Below are positions 23,901 through 26,817 of a stretch of 26,817 nt of DNA, piece after piece. The DNA is taken from the NCBI GenBank assembly GCA_043780105.1, contig JAYWDA010000012.1:1-26817 (forward strand), given 5' to 3'. Under the pieces are notes generated by a model. That model searched no databases. It saw nothing but the letters and a program-made list of their open reading frames with translations, and was not told the origin of the DNA. The stretch's first letter is position 1; every line of letters begins with the position of its first letter. The position numbers and the translations under genes were made by a program. The stretch is from Pseudobdellovibrionaceae bacterium. GTDB taxonomy: Bacteria; Bdellovibrionota; Bdellovibrionia; Bdellovibrionales; Bdellovibrionaceae.

Positions 23901-25677
23901 TTTGGGAAACGTCGCAATTGGCCGACAAACTTTACGACAAAACACAACCGGCGGTTACAATGCTGCAATTGGATTTCAATCCAACTACGAAAATATTACG
24001 GGTGCTGAAAATACCAGTATTGGTTACAACTCATTGTACAATAATAAAGCGCAAGATAGAAATACAGCAATTGGTAGTGATTCTATGTTTTATGCAAATG
24101 ATTCACTAACTGCTGGTACCGGCATGAATACGGCCGTTGGATACTCTGCCCTTCGTGGAAGCGCGACAGCTGCAAATAACACAGGATCTGCGAATACAGC
24201 TATTGGTGCCTATGCCTTGCAAGTTGTCACCTCGGGATCGAATAACGTAGCGATCGGAAATCTGGCGGGTGCCTCGATAACATCTGGTTCGAATAACGTG
24301 ATCATTGGAGCTAATACGGGAGCAACGTTTGCAACCACTTCAAATAATATTTCAATTAGTGATGGTTCCGGTACGGAACGTATTCGTGTTTTATCTTCAG
24401 GAAATGTCGGTATTGGATTAGCAAATCCAGGATACAAACTAGATGTTGCGGGCGATGTGAATATCACCGGAAATTTTCGTGTGAATGGCACCGCGATCGG
24501 CGGCGGCAGCGGAACAGTTACAAATGTGACATCTACGAACGCTGATATTGGTGTTGCAACAGGAACAACAACTCCTGTTTTAACTTTAAATTCTGGAACA
24601 GCTGCGAATCAAATTGTTAAATTAAATGCGACAGCGCAGTTGCCAGCGGTTGATGGATCATTATTAACAGGTTTTACTGCAGCACAAATTCCAAATTTGG
24701 ATACAGCAAAAATCACATCTGGAATATTGCCAGTTCTTCGCGGCGGTACCGGAAATTCTAGTTTTGCAATCAACAGCGTGATCGCATCAAACGGAGCTGG
24801 CAATCAAATCGCAGTTCCAGGAACAACGTCGAACACGATGTTGCAGTATTCTGTGACCGGGCCCGTTTGGTCTTCAGCAACTTTTCCATCAACGACGACT
24901 GCGAACCAATTATTATTTTCTTCAGCAACTAATATTGTTGGTGGATTATCTTCGACGAATGATTCCGTGCTAACAACAAACGGAACGGGTGTTCCATCAT
25001 TTGTCAGTTCACTGCCAGCAACGATCGGTGGTACGGGCCAAACAACTTACGTACTTGGTGATTTACTTTATGCTTCATCGGTATCTGCCTTATCAAGATT
25101 GCCAGCTTCGACAACAGGATTAGTTTTAACAAGTAACGGTGTAGGAACTGCGCCAACATGGCAAGCAAGCGCTTCAAGTTTACCAGCGGCTAGTGGAACT
25201 GCAGCGGCACCAGGTTATGCGTTCAGTGGTGATACGAATACAGGAATGTTCGGTGCAGCAGCTGATCAAATTGGTTTTGCTACGAACGGTGTAGAGCGTG
25301 TTCGTGTGGATGCCAGCGGAAACGTCGGTATTGGAACGACGATGCCGAGTGCAAAACTAACTGTTGCGGGCACAGCGAACTCGCTTCCAAATATTGTATC
25401 TTCTGGGGCGAACGTTGATTTAAGTTTATCCAATGTCCATCTTTTACAATCAGTGGGGGGGTCTGTTATCGCACTTTCAAATATTGCAAACGGGGCAAGT
25501 TATACGCTTGTTATAAGCGACACGGCCCAACAAGTTTATACTTTTACCGGATGCACAAACAGCTACTTCAGCCCTACAAATGGCCAGACTTTTCAGCAAA
25601 GCACCTATTCGATTTTAGCGATTGTAGTTGGGGGCAGCACAAATTGCTATATCAATTGGGTCACGGGGTTTAATTAG
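20974..25677 (+). CDS. Large secreted phage-tail-fibre-like mosaic adhesin (1567 aa), paralog of 3319
   Basis: Same signal, N-domain and stalk as 3319 up to YLPLTGGT. Then a unique cassette (DRVLVKNQ..QNGIY domain plus 17-aa repeats), shared stalk again, and a C-terminal domain ending CYINWVTGFN. Confidence 0.85.
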   Translation: MLRYVKTILITYLGLLAFSVSAHAVPSSLSFQSKIYKPDGTPLEAASVNFRFTTMDPTGTCILYVEDFIGASMTGSTGLAILNLGTGTKVYPTGAFTFTSVFNNLSPMFNCQGGGTYSPNVAGIDSRKIIAQFYDGSAAGWQTLPAIDVNSVPFANYAGDSAKLAGFPASDFLRFTGLPVCTGSDVLTAVNSGSGTNLVCVPGTAASVDATTTSKGVVQIGSGLNIAAGIISLGNFDAAKITSGIIAPARLGTGIPGAGNFLRGDGVWSNVPAGTVSSVTSTNGYISIATTTTTPALTLNVGVLAGTVAAGNDSRFTDGRAPIGAAGGDLTGTYPNPTLNTSGVVANSYGSASGVATFTVDNKGRLTTAGTSPIAIAETQVTNLTSDLASKITNVGSGLGNVVLTLQSGNTAGLPAAGTDGRVYFDTQAKVIYRDNGTSWIPIASNAGSGGDITDVIAGTGLSGGAASGAATLNLANTTVAPNSYGSASAVSAFSVDAQGRLTTAATTPIAIAESQVTNLVTDLSNKQPLNAQLTNISSYAPTADNFIVGNGTNFVLKTPAQARVSIGLDVAGGDLTGNYPNPTLANIVISATNTKITYDAKGRVTSGTSLVANDIPNLDASKITSGILPIANGGTGATTVANNLVFAGPSTGGPLAPSFRTLAASDIPSLSATYLPLTGGTVTGNVNFETQIALKDSTSNYVTIKSPATVTPYTLSLPVNAGTTGQFLATDGSGVLSWSASLPQNSSVIYQARVATTQNISFSGPQTIDGVSVIVGDRVLVKNQSSATQNGIYVVNAGGFTRASEFDTWIETIGYKVQVTEGTSYAGFLFSTSTVVGGTIGSQNIKWNTQGNNNGASRLTAYGVDTLNSNSSGSDNAAFGQSALAVNTIGFQNTAVGTQSMAYNTTGSSNTGIGASALLTNSTGSNNTAVGTGALFVNTTGNENTGLGVSALGNNSTGFWNVAVGSSAMSTNTTGLGNVAIGRQTLRQNTTGGYNAAIGFQSNYENITGAENTSIGYNSLYNNKAQDRNTAIGSDSMFYANDSLTAGTGMNTAVGYSALRGSATAANNTGSANTAIGAYALQVVTSGSNNVAIGNLAGASITSGSNNVIIGANTGATFATTSNNISISDGSGTERIRVLSSGNVGIGLANPGYKLDVAGDVNITGNFRVNGTAIGGGSGTVTNVTSTNADIGVATGTTTPVLTLNSGTAANQIVKLNATAQLPAVDGSLLTGFTAAQIPNLDTAKITSGILPVLRGGTGNSSFAINSVIASNGAGNQIAVPGTTSNTMLQYSVTGPVWSSATFPSTTTANQLLFSSATNIVGGLSSTNDSVLTTNGTGVPSFVSSLPATIGGTGQTTYVLGDLLYASSVSALSRLPASTTGLVLTSNGVGTAPTWQASASSLPAASGTAAAPGYAFSGDTNTGMFGAAADQIGFATNGVERVRVDASGNVGIGTTMPSAKLTVAGTANSLPNIVSSGANVDLSLSNVHLLQSVGGSVIALSNIANGASYTLVISDTAQQVYTFTGCTNSYFSPTNGQTFQQSTYSILAIVVGGSTNCYINWVTGFN
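23557..24318 (+). repeat. ~14 imperfect 17-aa repeats (N-T-T-G-x-x-N-T-A-I-G-x-x-A-L-x-x), YadA-head-like beta-roll
   Basis: Ten consecutive 17-aa units from NSSGSDNAAFGQSALAV to NKAQDRNTAIGSDSMFY, then about four more after short insertions. Confidence 0.85.
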
Positions 25678-26817
25678 ATGTGCTACTTAAAACTTTTGTT
25701 CGCAGCACTGGCGGTTACTTTTTGTAGCCTTACTACGAAGGCGCAAACCCCCTTTTCTAAGCCTTTCGGATTTGGCGGCGCTTCGATGAAAACTCCTGTG
25801 TGCGCAAATGGATCAATCGAGGCCATGGTACCATATTTAAATCGGCTGATGATTGTCGGCGGAACTTTCACGCAAATCGGTCCATGCTCTGGCAGTGGGG
25901 TGCCGTTAAACTTAAGCACGGGAAATAAAGTCAGCAGTTTTGATTGGTCCATCATGGGTGTGGTCGGCACAGTTAATGTGGCTATTTCAGACGGCGCGAA
26001 TGGCTGGTACATCGGGGGAAGCTTTACGGCTATAGGCACTAATAGCATTTTATATCTGGCGAAAATTTCTTCAACGGGTGCAGTTGATACATCTTTCAAT
26101 GCAAATCTTGATGGCAGTGTCGCTGCGCTTTATTTAGACGGCACAACCTTGTATGTCGCTGGCAGTTTTAACTATTTAGGCTCGGTGTTACGACCACAGT
26201 TAGCGGCCGTGAATGCAGCCACTGGGGCCGTGATCAACAGCTTTAATGGTGGCATCGGGACAAGTGTCAATGCTTTGACTAAATATGGAAGTAGCCTTTT
26301 GATTGGTGGTAGTTTTACGACCGTCAATGCCGCAAATGCGAATAACAGAGGAGCTGTTTTTGATACGACTTCAGGAGCTTTGCAAACAAATTTCCCGTTT
26401 GTGAATGGATCCATAGGTGTTGCTATTCCGGATGGTGCAAATGGATGGTACATCGGCGGATCATTTTCCAAAGTGGGAAACGCTTTAAGAAATAACTTAG
26501 CCAGAATTTTGGCTGATGGATCGGTATCCAATTGGAACCCTAATATGAATAGCAGTGTCCGCGCTCTGGCGATCAGTGGAACGAATGTGTATGCGGGCGG
26601 ATTTTTTACGACGGTGAATGGCGGAACCACTCGAAATCGTCTTGCAGCCTTGGATCTAACTACGGGTGCTGCGACGGCCTGGAACCCCAATATGAATAAC
26701 TATGTCAGCGCTTTGGCAATCAGTGGTACGAATGTGTATGCGGGCGGAAACTTTACGACGGTGAACGGCGGAACCCTTCGAAACCGTTTAGCAGCTTTGG
26801 ATCTAACCACGGGCACT
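25678..26817 (+). CDS. Secreted beta-propeller repeat protein, 3' truncated by window edge (missing from ORF track)
   Basis: ATG directly follows the fibre TAG, and 380 codons are open to the window end: MCYLKLLFAALAVTFCSLTTKA/QTPFSKPFGFGG...DGANGWYIGGSFT...WNPNMNSSVRALAISGTNVYAGGFFTTVNGGTTRNRLAALDLTTG. It carries the same 49-aa repeat as 1478..3094. Confidence 0.92.
   Translation, partial: MCYLKLLFAALAVTFCSLTTKAQTPFSKPFGFGGASMKTPVCANGSIEAMVPYLNRLMIVGGTFTQIGPCSGSGVPLNLSTGNKVSSFDWSIMGVVGTVNVAISDGANGWYIGGSFTAIGTNSILYLAKISSTGAVDTSFNANLDGSVAALYLDGTTLYVAGSFNYLGSVLRPQLAAVNAATGAVINSFNGGIGTSVNALTKYGSSLLIGGSFTTVNAANANNRGAVFDTTSGALQTNFPFVNGSIGVAIPDGANGWYIGGSFSKVGNALRNNLARILADGSVSNWNPNMNSSVRALAISGTNVYAGGFFTTVNGGTTRNRLAALDLTTGAATAWNPNMNNYVSALAISGTNVYAGGNFTTVNGGTLRNRLAALDLTTGT

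Noticed and set aside
358-26690. Numerous short ORFs in the track antisense to or out of frame within the large genes (e.g. 1636..2070, 2518..2877, 11655..11969, 21441..21995, 25683..26099, 26172..26690)
   Set aside because: They are shadow frames of G/T/A/N-rich repetitive coding sequence (V/P/A-rich mirror translations). The last two overlap the real plus-strand gene at 25678.

Overview
The window looks like a Bdellovibrionota-type (predatory bacterium) chromosome segment dominated by surface-adhesin genes; the taxonomy is inferred from the fibre N-terminal domain and FQNC/FNNC lipoprotein signals. It holds three paralogous secreted phage-fibre-like genes with the same N-terminal domain (575, 3319, 20974). 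The two full-length fibres end in a shared ~100-aa domain rather than an S74 chaperone, and each is immediately followed by a different secreted beta-propeller gene: a Tat-signal protein with 21 RCC1 repeats (8911), then a TPR/GT9-like glycosyltransferase; and a 49-aa-repeat propeller starting at 25678 that the ORF track missed because it runs off the window. The first gene (575..3151) is an in-frame fusion of a fibre N-terminus to that same propeller repeat, joined at a visible microhomology. All three fibre genes have an identically spaced sigma-28-like promoter ending 6-7 nt before the ATG and no Shine-Dalgarno site, which suggests leaderless transcripts. The middle region encodes YceI, a monoheme lipoprotein, two outer-membrane barrels (one with CxxCH), a BNR-repeat lipoprotein and a DUF1592/DUF1552-type pair. 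No RNA genes, CRISPR arrays or mobile-element enzymes were seen. All family calls come from motif recognition by eye, not from database searches.
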